Positions 25,929 through 44,597 of a stretch of 64,000 bases of DNA are shown one piece after another. This DNA is from Eledone cirrhosa (lineage: Eukaryota), in contig OZ024751.1 of NCBI GenBank assembly GCA_964016885.1, forward strand, positions 38,688,001 to 38,752,000, in the 5' to 3' direction. The notes beneath the pieces are model-generated. The model did not search any database and had not been told where the DNA came from. It saw only the letters and a program-made list of their open reading frames with translations. A program made the position numbers and the translations under genes. The stretch's first letter is position 1. Each line of letters opens with the position of its first letter.

Positions 25929-26111
25929 AGTTATTCCGGGTTGAATCGGAGGTAACCACAGTAAGTAATGTTCTCAATACATAGCAGAGTATAAACGTTT
26001 TAATATAGAAGAGTTTCTACAGGACTAGAACTGTTTCATTCGTGAGAAATCATCAGGAAGCTCTGATGATTTCTCACGAATGAAACAGCTCTATTCCTGT
26101 AGAAGCTCTTC

Positions 26112-26113
<2 letters not shown>
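25929..26113 (-). mobile_element. Family D element: tail plus inverted arms in (TA)n
   Basis: Tail 25929-26003; arms 26004-26056 and 26063-26115 are near-perfect reverse complements; flanked by (TA)n. Confidence 0.85.
26011..26063 (-). ncRNA. Type I hammerhead ribozyme (near-canonical)
   Basis: Minus strand: GAGCUUC-CUGAUGA-uUUC-ucac-GAAu-GAAA-CAG-uucuaguc-CUG-UA/GAAACUC. Stem I has 6/7 pairs (the other arm's GAAGCUC gives 7/7); triplet GUA; predicted cut between 26018 and 26017. Confidence 0.8.
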
Positions 26114-26189
<76 letters not shown>

Positions 26190-26219
26190 CATTCATGTTT
26201 AGTTTTATACAGATATACG

Positions 26220-26263
<44 letters not shown>

Positions 26264-26628
26264 AGTGTGTGTGTGTGTGTGTGCGTGTCTGCGTGTGCGT
26301 GTGTGTGTGATCTCCCACCGCTCCGTTTTACTCAGACAGAAAGTCACGTATATCTATATAGAAAGAGACGTATATAAACATCTATAAACATCGATAGCCA
26401 ATTATATAGTTTCACTTAATATATCTAACACACTAAACCTTTTGTGATTTTATCAGAATTTCGTATATTTCCCTGCTTCTCTCCCTTCCACCATATTGAC
26501 TCCCACTACACTCATGTAGACACATAAACAAACGCGCACACATACAAACACACATACGAGTGTGCGTGAATGTCTACGCATATATATGTAGGTATGTATA
26601 GATATACATATATGTAAATACGTATGTA

Positions 26629-26674
<46 letters not shown>

Positions 26675-26720
26675 ACGTATATATATATATAAATACGTAT
26701 GTATATAATAATAATAATAT

Positions 26721-26800
26721 TTGTTTCTAATTTTGGCACAAGGCCAGCACTTATCCCAGTACATTACTGGTACTTTATGTTATCGACCCCGTAAGGGTTC
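26721..26800 (-). mobile_element. Family-1 SINE 3' fragment (deletion subfamily as at 49532 and 49846)
   Basis: ttgtttcta.ttttggcacaaggccagca.ttatcccagt.cattactggtacttta...atcgaccccgtaagg. Confidence 0.75.
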
Positions 26801-26824
26801 GTTTAAACAATATAATATAATATA

Positions 26825-26887
<63 letters not shown>

Positions 26888-27069
26888 TGCCCCCACCCAC
26901 ACATGTCCATACATATATACACACATACATTCATACATACATGATGGCTGCCCCCTCGTTATTGAGTATGGCCATTGCACAATATAACATTATTAATAAT
27001 TATTAATTAATGCTATCGTGCAATGCGTGTGCCTGAACATTTATTTTTAAGTGAGGAAAGACTGTGCAC

Positions 27070-27530
27070 TGAGCCAATCCCACTCTCTGAGAGACAGTAG
27101 CTATAACCCGAAAAGAAGAAAAGATCAACATCATCGGTAACTACTGAGCCGCAGGTTTTATATCGGAGTTATCCCAGTTTCCTGAGTTCCGTTCTCCTAG
27201 AAGAATGCCCTGAAAAAGGCTAGGGGGTCCTTCATTCCCAGTGGTTTAACCACGCGATCGGGTGTCCAGCCAGACTATTTCCATCTCCCCGTGCATATAC
27301 ATACATATCTACATGTGTATATACATATTTACACACTTTTGGAAGGCCGTTGACTCTTATGATTTCTTCCTCCTTTTGTCAGGTTTTGTTTTTTGTCCTG
27401 CAGGGTGTCGATATCACCCTCCTCACCAAGTAAACTTGGTGAAGTTGCCTGTTTAGTCGCCGACGACCCGACCATGCGACAGTTGTACCGGGTTACATGT
27501 TACCAGTAGCACTCAAAAGTGACCCGACAT
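27070..27530 (-). mobile_element. Probable RTE-clade LINE 5' UTR-like fragments
   Basis: GC-richer blocks with motifs ttctcctag..tgcc..aaggct and gtttagtcgccgacgacccgaccatgcgacag, recalled from RTE-type elements. Close to the RTE ORF remnant; not verified. Confidence 0.4.
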
Positions 27531-27833
27531 AAATACATACATACACGTGGATGTGTATATATTCATATATGCATATAAATCAATCGTGTGACAAACCTTA
27601 TGTATACATACCCATTGCAATTGATTACGAGTTATTTGGATTCCGGTTTAAGGTTTTTTTAGAGACGCTTTAAGATTGGTTTTAAAAGGTTTCCTCTGTA
27701 TATACAGCAGCCTTTTCCATCTTACTTAGGCCTTCTTTAGGAGTTTGTGGAAACTCTGGGTGCTAAACCGATTCAGAATCTGAGGTTGGTATTTTGTCGT
27801 GCCACCGGATATGAAAAAGTCTGTTATGGCACA

Positions 27834-27938
27834 TATAGCAGGAGACTGCGGGAATGGGGGCGGAAAGGACTCAATTTTGATACCAAGCTGAATATTTACA
27901 AGACATCGGTGCTAACCAGACTAGTGTACGCCTGGGGA
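27834..27938 (+). mobile_element. RTE-clade LINE ORF2 remnant (post-RT region)
   Basis: YSRRLREWGRKGLNFDTKLNIYKTSVLTRLVYAWG aligns by eye to the RTE/BovB motif FGRL..VW..RGI.L.TKL.VY.A.VL..LLYA.ETW. Confidence 0.65.
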
Positions 27939-27941
27939 ATG

Positions 27942-27976
<35 letters not shown>

Positions 27977-27984
<8 letters not shown>

Positions 27985-28210
27985 TAAAATAACAGATTAA
28001 AGTTTAAGCAAAGAATCGCTGCTTTCACACTTAACGGGATCTGAAACTCAGTTTCAGAAGATCCCGTTAAAGGTGAAAGCAGCGATTCTTTGCTTAAACT
28101 TTAATCTGTTGTTTTAATAAATATTTGCTCCACGGTTCTTATATATTTGATATATATTTATCCTTATCGAGCCCTCTTTGGATTTTAGTCTTCAAATTTA
28201 TTATTATTAC
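27977..28210 (+). mobile_element. Family B element, copy B2: inverted arm, forward arm and tail
   Basis: Arms ~27977-28048 and 28050-28124 centred on 28049; tail 28125-28210; flanked by (TA)n. Hammerhead-like fold at 28050-28100. Confidence 0.85.
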
Positions 28211-28487
28211 TATATATATATATATATATATAATGGGAGGGAGAGAGAGAGGAGGGGTGAGATATATAGGTTGGCAATAGAGAGAGAGAGATATCACAAT
28301 ATAATTGCATCTATACCATTTCTTTCAAATTATTTATCTGTTGTATAGATGTACATTTATCTGTCTCTACACTTGTATGTATGTGTTTATGTAATTATCT
28401 ATTTTTCTTGCTACTTATACATAAAATTGTACACATACAGGCACTTTTATATATACATATACAAAGATATATATGGGCACACGTATA

Positions 28488-28526
<39 letters not shown>

Positions 28527-29427
28527 TCATACCTAGATACATATATTGATGTATGCACATATATGCATTTTCCATTCATATATCTCCTTATAACCACACA
28601 CGCACTTTAGCGATAATTTCCTTATTTCCCTTTTTTCGTTTCCCTCTATTTTTTACAGATGACATTAAGTACAAAACGCTTTTATAAATATAAATAGAGT
28701 GATAAACTATTTCTTGGTCTTTCTTAAATTATCTCTGATTTGATTTACCATTTATTAAGTTAGGCTCAGTTGCTTTTGCCAAAATTCTATTAGTAACAGT
28801 CTATGGTTTTCCAAAGTATATTTTAGCCAGATTTCTTAATCATATTTACCAATGAACTCTCAAGACAAACTGCACTGTAAAATTAACTGTCATTACATTT
28901 CCTGACCCCCAATTCACCTCAACGACTCTAAGACACATGTCCGACATTTTTTGTTTCATTTTTCTTTCATATCATATAAAGATAATAGAGATACAAAAAC
29001 AGAAACGATAAATGATAGACGCTGTAAGGTCACAGGACTTAAAGCAGCATAGATCAAACCTCAAAAGAGTACTGCTACACTCATGATCAATGCTTCAATT
29101 TGATATTATTAACAATATATTATTAATATTAATAAGAAAGTGCCTTGTAGTTTAGCATCATTCATTCTCTGAACCTACACATAGTTAAGGGAGGAAAAGT
29201 GTTTATTTTCATAAAAGAACTAATTTCTAGAATAAAAGAACTAATTCCTGGAATAAAAGGGAGGTAATTTGGCAGAGAAAGTAGAAGATATCAATATGAT
29301 CAATACGTATTTTTCTATGTTCCTTTAATGGATAGGGAATATAACACGCTTAATGAAATATAAAATACACAAACAGTCTGTGAAGATGTACTTATTGTTA
29401 TCAAGGTGGTTTTCTCTTTGTATAGAT

Positions 29428-31515
<2,088 letters not shown>

Positions 31516-31668
31516 GGAACCAGTAAGACCCCGACAGCTGAGCTCAAGCCGTTTCGACGGCTAATTCTGTCGGGGTCTTACTGGTTCCTATTACCCACTC
31601 TACCGCCTCAAGTATTGAGTACTTTGGTGCGTTATGGTCCACCTGGTTCCTTACCACATTTCCTTCGT

Positions 31669-31669
<1 letters not shown>
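31516..31669 (+). mobile_element. Family A element, copy A3
   Basis: Inverted arm 31516-31569 joined by CTG microhomology to a forward arm starting ctgtcgggg (31567); tail to 31669; TA flanks. Confidence 0.85.
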
Positions 31670-31710
<41 letters not shown>

Positions 31711-31825
31711 TATACATATATATATATACATATATATACATATATATACATATATATATATACATATATATACATATATATAAATACATGCACATACACA
31801 TACATGCATACATATGCAATAAACG

Positions 31826-31975
31826 AATGCGGCTTAGTGGTTAGAATGCTGGTCTCTCAATCGACGCGTTATGACTTTCTATAAATTTCGTTCACACAGC
31901 TCGTAAAAATGTACTTTACTTCTGGTTTAATGAGTAAACATTACTACCCACAGTTTCGCTGCAATATTCAACAAC
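31826..31975 (+). mobile_element. Family-2 SINE 5' part, degenerate
   Basis: tRNA A-box-like gcggcttagtggttagaatgctgg. Confidence 0.45.
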
Positions 31976-32037
31976 CTGTATCTATCTATGTGTGTGTGTG
32001 TGTGTATATGCGTGCGTGCGTGCGTGCGTGTGTGCGT

Positions 32038-32083
<46 letters not shown>

Positions 32084-32847
32084 GTGTGTGCAATGGAAGT
32101 TGTTTTAACCTTTCCTCAGGCCTGTTTTCATGTAGAAATCACCATTCATCGGACCAGTCTTGTGACAGTGTCACGCCGAGTGGTTACATTTGTGTTTGTA
32201 ATGCTTATATACTTCAACGTTTATTTCATGACCAAGTTATTCCATTTTTCGTACCACTTCTTGGCAAACGACGGAGGTTCAAATACACGCAGGTTCGGAT
32301 TAAATCTACGTAAGATATACATGTAAAATCAATAGCAAACAAATACAACTAAGAAAAGAATTCATGGATTTAAGGACGAACCGTATCATTCGACCGGTGT
32401 TTAATTGAGGGAGTTCGTGTTTAGATTCGGCTGTATTAAAGAGACATAAACTAGAGCAGGCAAGTTCATTCTACGCAGCCAGAAATAAACAAACCATTTC
32501 CCAATATAAATTATAGTAATCTAGATAAAATGTCTAGTCGTTAATCTTAAAGTCCTGCAAATACAACTTAATAGGCATAAGGAGACCCGAGACAAATAGG
32601 CTTCTATAAAACGCGAATTCCTGAGCTAGATTTTATAACAAAAGAAAGAAAAGATATGAAAAACCACTTATGCTACCTGGAAAGGAAATAACTGAATCTG
32701 AGAGAATAAATTGGATCTTAAGAGCGTAGCTAATTTAATAATAAGCATAGAGAAAAAAGCAAAATATATATATATACATATATCTGAATTAGATATAAGG
32801 TATATATAAAATATAGAAACAACAAACATAACATAAAATAAGCAATG

Positions 32848-32900
<53 letters not shown>

Positions 32901-33198
32901 AGGGGGGGGGGGGTTATGTGAGTATCTCTCTGTGAGTGTGTGTGTATGTTTGTGTGAGTATCTTTCTCTCTGTGTTTGTGTGTATTTGTGTGAGTATCTG
33001 TGTGTGTGTGTTTGTGTGTGTGTATTATTATCCAGGACATATATCAGGAAGATAAACATAGTAAATCAAAACAAAATAAACCTATCAGAGCCAAGCATAT
33101 CTACAGAATGTCGACAGCACTAGAAATACGTCAAGTAAAATATGATCTCAGTAAATAAGAGAGTTATTCAAAATTAATAAACTGCTTGATTTCTGTAA

Positions 33199-33275
<77 letters not shown>

Positions 33276-34789
33276 CGTGTGCGTGTGCGTGTGCGTGTGT
33301 GTGTGTGTGTATATAGCTGGAAATACTTAGTTTGGTGAGAAAGCGCGTGTTTAGCACACGTGTTAGGAGATAATTCTTTGAAATGGAAATGTACGTTGCT
33401 TGTGTCCATATCAGACATGGAATATATACTCACTAAATCCTCAGTAGAAAACTGATCATAAGATTCTATGGAATTTTATGAGAGGTAGTCTGAAAATATT
33501 AACATGATATTGCCAATGGAGTGAGGGGTCTGCTTTGACAAATCTTTTCTACCTATCAACTTTTGAATAATTATGGGCTTTCAGAGACTCTGTATCAGAG
33601 GCAAATAACTCCAGTAACTGGACATTTATTTCTAATCTTTCAGCATGTTAAACTTAGGAGTATACACATAAGGGTCACATGATAAAACCTAGAGAGAAGA
33701 TTCACATGTAATATTTAATGTTAAGTAAACCACATAAATTAGGAACTTTCACATTTCTTGCTTGAAAATTCTTTTTTATTTCAGTTATTTTCCGATTTGA
33801 AAATGTTTACGTTGGCTAGACAATAACAATACATATTCTATTATGTTTTAGAAAACGGTACCCCAAAACCACATTATTATTTCAGCCACCTGTGACGTGC
33901 AGATTAGAGTAATATGGAATTAAGCGAAATAATGACACATTTATGAGAAATATAAAAAAAATAGGAAAGAGCGGTACGTGTCCATTATAATAATGTTTTA
34001 AAATAATTCTAGAAAGTTTTCCTCAATGCTCATATCCACACGAACAAGAGATTTTAGAGGGAATGTGTTCAGTACACCAAAGAATCTATACAATATACAC
34101 CAAAGTATAAAATATCAAATCAATATAAGTTGGAATTATTTGAGGAAATGACTAACCTTTTCAAACCTGAGTAATATGCCTTCCTTATAGAGAGATAATG
34201 TCATTAAATTAGATAGCTATTTGATATGAAATAATTGAAACCATCTGTCTTTGACAAACCTTACATTAAATACGACGCTCGCTTTCAGAAATACTGATAT
34301 AATTTCTATAATTTCTATACATGCATCACTTTAAAACATTTTACTATATCATGCCGCACTGAAAATGTCTAAATTGTGCATTTGCTTTCTCTTAAGATCT
34401 TTCTTCTTTTATGTTGGAAACATTTGACCAGTAACGACTTTCTCACGTTGGCCTTTTCCTATTGAAATAACTCCATATATACTTGCGAAACTCTCTCCGT
34501 TAACACTGTAAGTATTTCCAAAAGCTTTGATCATATTCCACCCTATGAAGAATTACTCCAAAAATACATCAGTTTCTGAACTATTTATGATTATTTTATA
34601 CTTTTCTATACAGACGTTTATTGCAGCAGAGTTTTATATAATGTGTTGGTCAGATGTATCAACAATGTGTGTTATAGTTTTAAGTTTTAGAAGAATTCCT
34701 GTTGCACAATAAAATGCAGCCAGATGAGTACGAATAAACTTATCAAAATACACTCACAAACAAACAAAATACACACGCACTCACACATG

Positions 34790-34823
<34 letters not shown>

Positions 34824-34969
34824 TCTATATATATATAGAGAGAGATATAAAGAAAGGGGAAGTAATGCATTACACACACATATTCAAACATGAAAATGTA
34901 CAGATATACACATATGCATGTGTATATGCATATGTGCAAACGCATACATACATGCAATGGATCTAAGTA

Positions 34970-36822
<1,853 letters not shown>

Positions 36823-36963
36823 ATGTGTGTGTATGCACACACACATACACACAGTGTTAAAAGCCAGTCATTGTTTCAACGTTATTAAATGCAATACAGA
36901 AAATATTGTTAGTTTGATATATAAACACCAACTATCTTTATTAGCCTGTGAGTGAATTTACAA

Positions 36964-36965
<2 letters not shown>

Positions 36966-37014
<49 letters not shown>

Positions 37015-37039
37015 TATACATATATATATATATATATAA

Positions 37040-37080
<41 letters not shown>

Positions 37081-37203
37081 TATACATATATATATATATA
37101 TATATATGTATATATTTATATATATATATATATATATATAAATATATACATATATATACATATATATATATGTATATATTTATATATATATATATATATA
37201 TAC

Positions 37204-37248
<45 letters not shown>

Positions 37249-37358
37249 TATACATATATATATATATATATAAATATATACATATATATATATATATAAA
37301 TATATACATATATATATATTTATATATATATATATATATATTCAAAAATACATACAAA

Positions 37359-37437
<79 letters not shown>

Positions 37438-37460
37438 TATATATATATATAATGTATATA
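36966..37460. repeat. Degenerate (TA)n array
   Basis: Direct reading. Confidence 0.95.
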
Positions 37461-37677
37461 AACATACTTTCTTATAAATGTGTATTTTGTTTCTATTTGT
37501 AAATTATTAGCTCTGTACAGACGAAGATCAATTGAAATTAACTAAGCTTTGATCTATCTCCCCAATATAGCCAAATACATGTGAACTTGCTCTTAAAGAT
37601 GGAACACTCCACATGTTTGCAACTTCATTTCAATTTTATATGCCCTCAAGAAATGCATTAAGGCAATAAAACTATTC

Positions 37678-37750
<73 letters not shown>

Positions 37751-39277
37751 GTTTGGCAATGCAAATGGGGAAAACAGAATCCAAATACGGGTTTTGATAA
37801 AGTACTTTAATCGTCACCCACGGAACCTTAACTATCTTCCATAGATTCATATAATAAATTTCGTGTGTCTGTGTGTATGTGTGTGAGATATTAGCCTGTT
37901 CATGTGCAAATTTAATGTGTTGTATATATTCTTTATCGTCGGTTTGGAACAAAAACGTCCCCACATCCATAGTTCCTTTAACATTCCAATAAATAATTAA
38001 TAAGGAAATGTGAAAATATAATTTAACGATAAAGCATGCGCACAGCTGTAGCTTTAATATAACATCTTAAGTAAGTGTTTTCTATATTTAAAGAAAGACA
38101 TAATCACGGACGAACACACGTAGCAGCTCACAAACACACAAAAATACGTAAATATTGTGTATATTATGTAATAGATACGTTATATTTTAATCAAATGTGG
38201 CACATACGAATTTATTGTCAAGAAACATCAATTGCATATATACCAATCTATTGAGACATTTGTATAAACCTAGGGTATTTATTACATAATTGTTATCCAC
38301 TCAATATACATGATTAGAATTCTTTTTAGAATCGTATTGTTAAGAAAGAAGATGACTTCGCTCTGTAAATAATATTTGTATAGATATTATGAGGTATATT
38401 GTCAATAATACAAGTCCTACAATATTATTTCATCTAGTCAATAAGTCATAGTGGACTTATGAGGGATTTGAGCTCAACATGTAAAGGAAGATGAATGTAT
38501 TAGCCACTGATTCGGCCAATTCAACCCTCGACGATTCTATGAATGTTCAGACACAGATGGAAATATTTAAAATGTTATCATTGAGAAGAACTGATATGAT
38601 TTTCAAGCAAGCAATAACAGTCAGGACAATATGTTCACTGTGTATCTGAGGAGCGAAACTGAACATGTTATGTAAAGACTACTGGCTACAGATAGACTCA
38701 CATTTCATATAAAGAAAATAAGTTGACATTTATAAACATGGAAAACAATAAATATTTTGGAAAAAGGAAATAATGAGAAAGTTTAGTTATCGTAAATGTT
38801 GACAGAAATTGTTCAAACTTTACATAAACGTCAACTAGAGACTTTCTGTTGGTAATTAATAATATTTCGCAGTCATCAAGTTTTCAATAGTTATTCATAG
38901 AAATTTAACTGTTTACCAAATATGTATGTCATTCATCGAAATGACATGAACTAACCTATCATTTATACATCTACGTTTTATTTCGTTTTATCATATTTTA
39001 CAACCAACACCCCATTCTAAATCTTCTGACGATGCTTGCTTTCTTTGTCTCTGAGTCTCTTTGGCCTTTACTAACTTCTCTCAATCCCTCTAATTGCCTC
39101 TTAGTCTCAGTATATTCCTCTCCCATTTCGCTCTTATTGTTTGAATATGTCAAACTCTCTATCTATCTATCTCTGATATCATGATGAAATACTCCCCCCC
39201 CCCTCTCTCTATCTGTGATATCATGCTGTAACACTCAAACATACAGTCAGTGACAAATTCATACACATATGCCATTG

Positions 39278-39312
<35 letters not shown>

Positions 39313-40389
39313 GTATATATCCACACAGGCACATATACTATATACGCATGTATGTATATATATATATATATTTACACTCACACAGGCACACAAATACAAA
39401 TTGTGTATCGATGTTAATCTGCAAGTATTTAGATAACTTAAAGGGCTTCCTTATTACATTCTTTTTTGTTGTACTTTTCCCCAATAAACAACAATGTATG
39501 TTTCGCAGACTTACTAGCTTTTTTTGTGTTCTTATATTTTTATTAGTTTAGTTCAAAATAATAACTGTAGTCACTTTGTGTCTTATGCTACCCTACAAGT
39601 GCTTTTCCATGTACCTATGTAAGCCAAGTCTCCGATCATTTGTATTTACATCAGTTTTGCGGGGTTTTTTTTATTGGGTTTGTTTGTTGTTGCTGATTCC
39701 TCGACGGGGAAACGATTTATTTTTTCAGAATCAGTGGAACTGTTAAGCATTTATTTTGTAAACACACGTATGTTTGTTCGTTTCTGTGTGTGTCTTTGAG
39801 AGTGTGTAAGAGTATATGTGAGAGTGTTTGTTTTTGCGTATGAGCAAGTTTGAGTGAGAGTACAAGAGTGTGCGGTGTGTGAGTGTGTGTTTATATATAT
39901 TTATTCAAACTCCCTAAGCATGTAAAAACATGTTTATCCTAACCTGTTGTATATACATTATGGATAAAGTCAAAGTGTAAAGAATTATATTAGTCGTGAC
40001 ATTGTTTTATAGTATCTTTACATAGACTTAATGACAGGTTGTAGCAACATGCGTAAAACATGTACTTCTCCGGAATTTCTCCGGAATTTCTTTCTGTAGA
40101 TATTCAAAATATTCTGCAGCCATCACCAATCAATGCAACATACTACATATATATTTCTAGAGTAGGGCATTGTTTAATTCAGAAAATTTCATTCCTTACA
40201 CTTAACTAAACGACCAAAATTCCCCGGTGCTAATAAAAGTAAAACGTTTGCATAATGTGGTATGTGTGATATCTGTCAGTGTGCGAGGTGTATGAATTCA
40301 TGCGGTTCATGAGTGTGTGTGTTGTGTGATTGTTACCCATACAAACACACAGTTTTAAGTTTTAAGTCCGGTAATTCTGGCCTACAATT

Positions 40390-40875
40390 GGTTTGAAGAA
40401 GCACGGTGCTTATTCTGATTAGATATCGCGGTAGGTGGTTGAGAGTACAAATCCGCCACAACGGTATTCATATTCAGCTGAGTAAAGAGAATAAGTGTGA
40501 AGTAAAATGAGTTGCTCGGGGACAACATACGGCATCTATTCTGCAAATCGAGCCATTCCTTTATGATATGAGCTCAATGCCTGCTTACTTGCGGCTTCAA
40601 TATTCCTTATTCACGGTCTATAACTTACTTAAAACAACACAACCTTGTTTATGAGGCTCTTCCAGGAATAGAACCAACGATATAGCGGGCGTCAGTACAA
40701 CACCCACCCAGTGGTTCACGCTCCTTCAATATTCACTATTTACATTTGCTAGTATTTTATAATATATTTTATACAACACAGCATTATTTATTAGGCTCTT
40801 TCCAGGAATAGAAACCACTACATCATGGTCAGCAGCAAAATCTTACCCTCCGGTTCACGTTCCTTCAACTTTCAT
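40390..40875 (-). mobile_element. Family-2 SINE plus two tandemly duplicated SINE-head fragments
   Basis: cagctgagtaaa...gtgaagtaaaatga.ttgctc; aggctctt.ccaggaatagaa...ggttcacg.tccttcaa repeated at ~40654 and ~40793. Confidence 0.55.
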
Positions 40876-41164
40876 TATTCAAATTCATTAATATTTTATA
40901 TTTTCCTTACTACAACACAGCTTTGTCTATTTCACTTTGAAACATTTCAGAAATGCTGCAGTGCGCTCAATTATATTAAAGGGTGATTCTATTACAAATA
41001 TATTTTAATTTTGCTTTTGTTTCTCTTTAATGCTGTTTATCATATCGCTTCTGTTTTATGATATTCGATGTTAAAAGAAGATCTGAGTGAGGTTTAAATA
41101 TCTGTAATGCCCAGGCAGAGAGAAAGACATGTCTTAGAATAATTTTCCATAGCTATGTATGTAT

Positions 41165-41232
<68 letters not shown>

Positions 41233-42857
41233 CATACATGTGTACAAATTCATTTGGATACATACACACACATACACACAAACATTTATACATATATATA
41301 CATAGACATATACACATTTATATACATATATACTTATACACATATTACATATATATATACACATATGCATATATATATATACACATATACATATATACAT
41401 ATATACATATATACATATATACACACGCATATTTATATATATATACACATGTACACACACATATATATATATTTGTACACACACACAGATATATAAATAT
41501 ATATACACACACACACACACATATATATATACACATAGACACATCCGTGTGCTTGTGAGTGTTATCAACCTTGGTTTATCTTCCATTAAAAATACATTTT
41601 TTACATATTTTATTATAACATTGTTAATACTATAGAAACAAGCCCTGCTATAAATTATGCCTGGTTGATTAAGTACTTGAAATATATTAAATACTTAAAT
41701 ACCACAACAAAATATGTACATAAATAAATACAACATAATGAAACAAAAATAACAAAAACAAATAGATAAATACACAGACAATGTTTTATAATATTTAAAA
41801 TACAACCAGGAAGCAATCGGGAATGGTCATTATTCTGTTGTTAAGTCGAACAGCTAAGTGAGCATAAAAACCTTTAATATTATTAGTAAGACACTTTAGC
41901 ATCCGGATATTCACCGGAAATCGACGCAAATTTCCCTACGCTGCTTTTGAAGTTTTTATATATTTCATATTGTTTGGTTTTCATTATTCATAATCACATG
42001 AGTTGAGAGAATTTCAATAGAGTTGCTTATTTAAAATTTGTTCATGTTTTGGTTTGTTTAACTATTAGCAAAAAAATATTTTTTTCCTATATTCGGCTTC
42101 TGACAATGCAGGTGGTGATACACTTGTTAATTTCCTGTTAATTAAACCGTCTCTTCATAATACTTCAAGGCGTTTTGTAGTTTCCATGGTTACAATAATT
42201 CACGAGTGGTGAGTGGGTGTAGTGTGGATACCAAATATGCATAGTGATGTGAGAACAAGAGAAACATAAATAGCAAGAAAATACAGGCTGATAAAATTCT
42301 AAGTATTCATGTATAAACATGTGGTGGTTTCGGCTGTTCCGGGTTAGGTATACCATGTAATATTTCGAGTTCAATTTCGTCATAGCTTTTGGTTAATAGT
42401 ATTGGTGTTAATGTCAAGGTTTGCTCCCTTCCGAACCCTCTTTGGGGTCTAGAGATACGCAATCGCAGGAACGAATTCCTGGACAGATTTTACGAAAGAA
42501 AAACACTGGCAGGAGACCCAGAGAGAGAGAGAGAGAGAGAGAGAGTGAGAGAGAGAGGGAGAGAGAGAGAGAGAGAGAGAGATGTTGGGACAACAAGCCG
42601 AATCAGTTGAAAATGGTTGCTTCTGACAGGATCTGCTTGAGGAGTGAACCCCGGCTCCATCAGCAATAAGTCGGTGAAGAAGGAGAAGTAGTGATATTAG
42701 AATGAAAACGATAAGGTGCAGCTATGTAAAATGTAATATATGAAATATAAACCAACACTATATATTGAAGAAACAGAAATATTGAATAATGATCATTATA
42801 TAACCTACCTATGAACTTCGACAAATATAAAGCCATGTACATTTGCAAAGCGAATGT

Positions 42858-42900
<43 letters not shown>

Positions 42901-44389
42901 ACACACATACGGACGTATATATATGTATATATATCTATAGACAGACACACGTGTACATAACATATTATGTGGGGTGGGAGATAGTGTTTAGATGGCGTGT
43001 TCAATTCAATGTGGCACCCTGTATCTTTAAGCAAGTCACATTATGTCAATAGTAATTATAACTATATGTCGAAATGGCTAAACCCCTTTCAATCTATTGT
43101 GTTTCACCAAATCAGCCTGATAATTAAGAAACTAATAATACTGTAATTTTTCTCACATTATATATATATATATATACACACACACATACACACAAACACA
43201 CACATATATATATATATGTATATATTTTTGTGTATGTGTGTCTAATCTTTTCCTTTCGTTCTTCCTTGGGTTTTTTTTATAAAAATCATGATAAACGAAG
43301 TAGAAGTCATGAGTTAATCTATAGATATTCAATCAGCTGTTTATTAACGTGTCTAGTTTATTATTTCTTTGCAAAATTCATGAAGGTTGAGCAAATATGA
43401 ATATAGTCTTATTATATCTCAGAATAAATGTTATATATTACAGCAACTCTTTTATAGCCTATCAATGAGAAGAATTTTATTGCTTTTGTTTTGGTTTCTC
43501 GGTTGTTTTTGTTGTGTTTGTTTCTTATATTCCTTGATATACTTACTTTAGCAGCTAATATTATACATTTTGGGGTATATATGTTCGGAGTATGGCCATC
43601 TTGTTTGTAATGAAACTTGCAGATGGAAATATTCTTCCAGTCAATAATAAGTTATCCGTCGTCTGCATAATAAAGCTTGTTTGTATACGAATGAAACCAT
43701 TGCTTACCGTGTCTGGAAAGGGAAATATAAATGGTTTTCCACCTACCACTACCCCAAATATGCATACACACACACAACGCACACATATAAAACACAAACA
43801 CACACAAAATACACACAAAATACACATATACACACACATAAAAACAACACAAACTCACGAGGTAATTGATTTGGTTTTAGCATCCATACTCAGTTCAAAT
43901 TACATGCTAAATCATTACAACACCGAAACCACAAAGTTTTAGAAAAGAATCAAAGACTATGTTTTCGACCTTGCATGGATCTTCATTTTAAAGAGAAGAA
44001 TTATAAAGCTCTATAGAACCAGCAGTATTTCCAAGAGGAATTTTAATCAGAAGTCTTTGCTAATTAGGTGTGTATATCAGAGATCCATTTTAGTGAGGTC
44101 GAATCCAGTTATTAAACGGAGAATTTATAGATATTATGGATATATTACCGAAAAATGAAAATGGCAACGAAGATATATTGAAATCGACGTTAATCGACTA
44201 GATAGAGAAAATGTATACCACTTTGAATAATGACCCGCAATGAACTAACGTTACCACTAAAGGACGGTAGACATAGCAGCCAAATCTCATTTGAATCGCA
44301 AAGGAAATTCTATTACTACAGATAATGTGGTTGATAATATATTATATTTGTATATTTTAAAATGTGACTAAAAATCATCGACTATCGGA

Positions 44390-44438
<49 letters not shown>

Positions 44439-44460
44439 GGGGGGGGGGGGGGGGTATGTG

Positions 44461-44503
44461 TGTATTCATGTATTTATTCATATATATATGAATAAATACA
44501 TGA

Positions 44504-44508
<5 letters not shown>
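44461..44508. repeat. Perfect 48-bp palindrome centred on (TA)4
   Basis: tgtattcatgtatttattca-tatatata-tgaataaatacatgaataca. Confidence 0.9.
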
Positions 44509-44555
<47 letters not shown>

Positions 44556-44597
44556 TGCTCGTCACAATTCTGCTACTCAAATATATATATATTTCAC

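Noticed and set aside
27420-27530. Possible HDV-like or twister ribozyme in the RTE-like 5' region
   Set aside because: Only simple hairpins could be folded by eye; the required pseudoknots were not found.
32190-32290. Possible mariner transposase C-terminal remnant (minus strand)
   Set aside because: Similarity too short and frameshifted to support.
38640-38675. CTGAGGA-GC-GAAAC motif
   Set aside because: No stem II and weak stems I/III.
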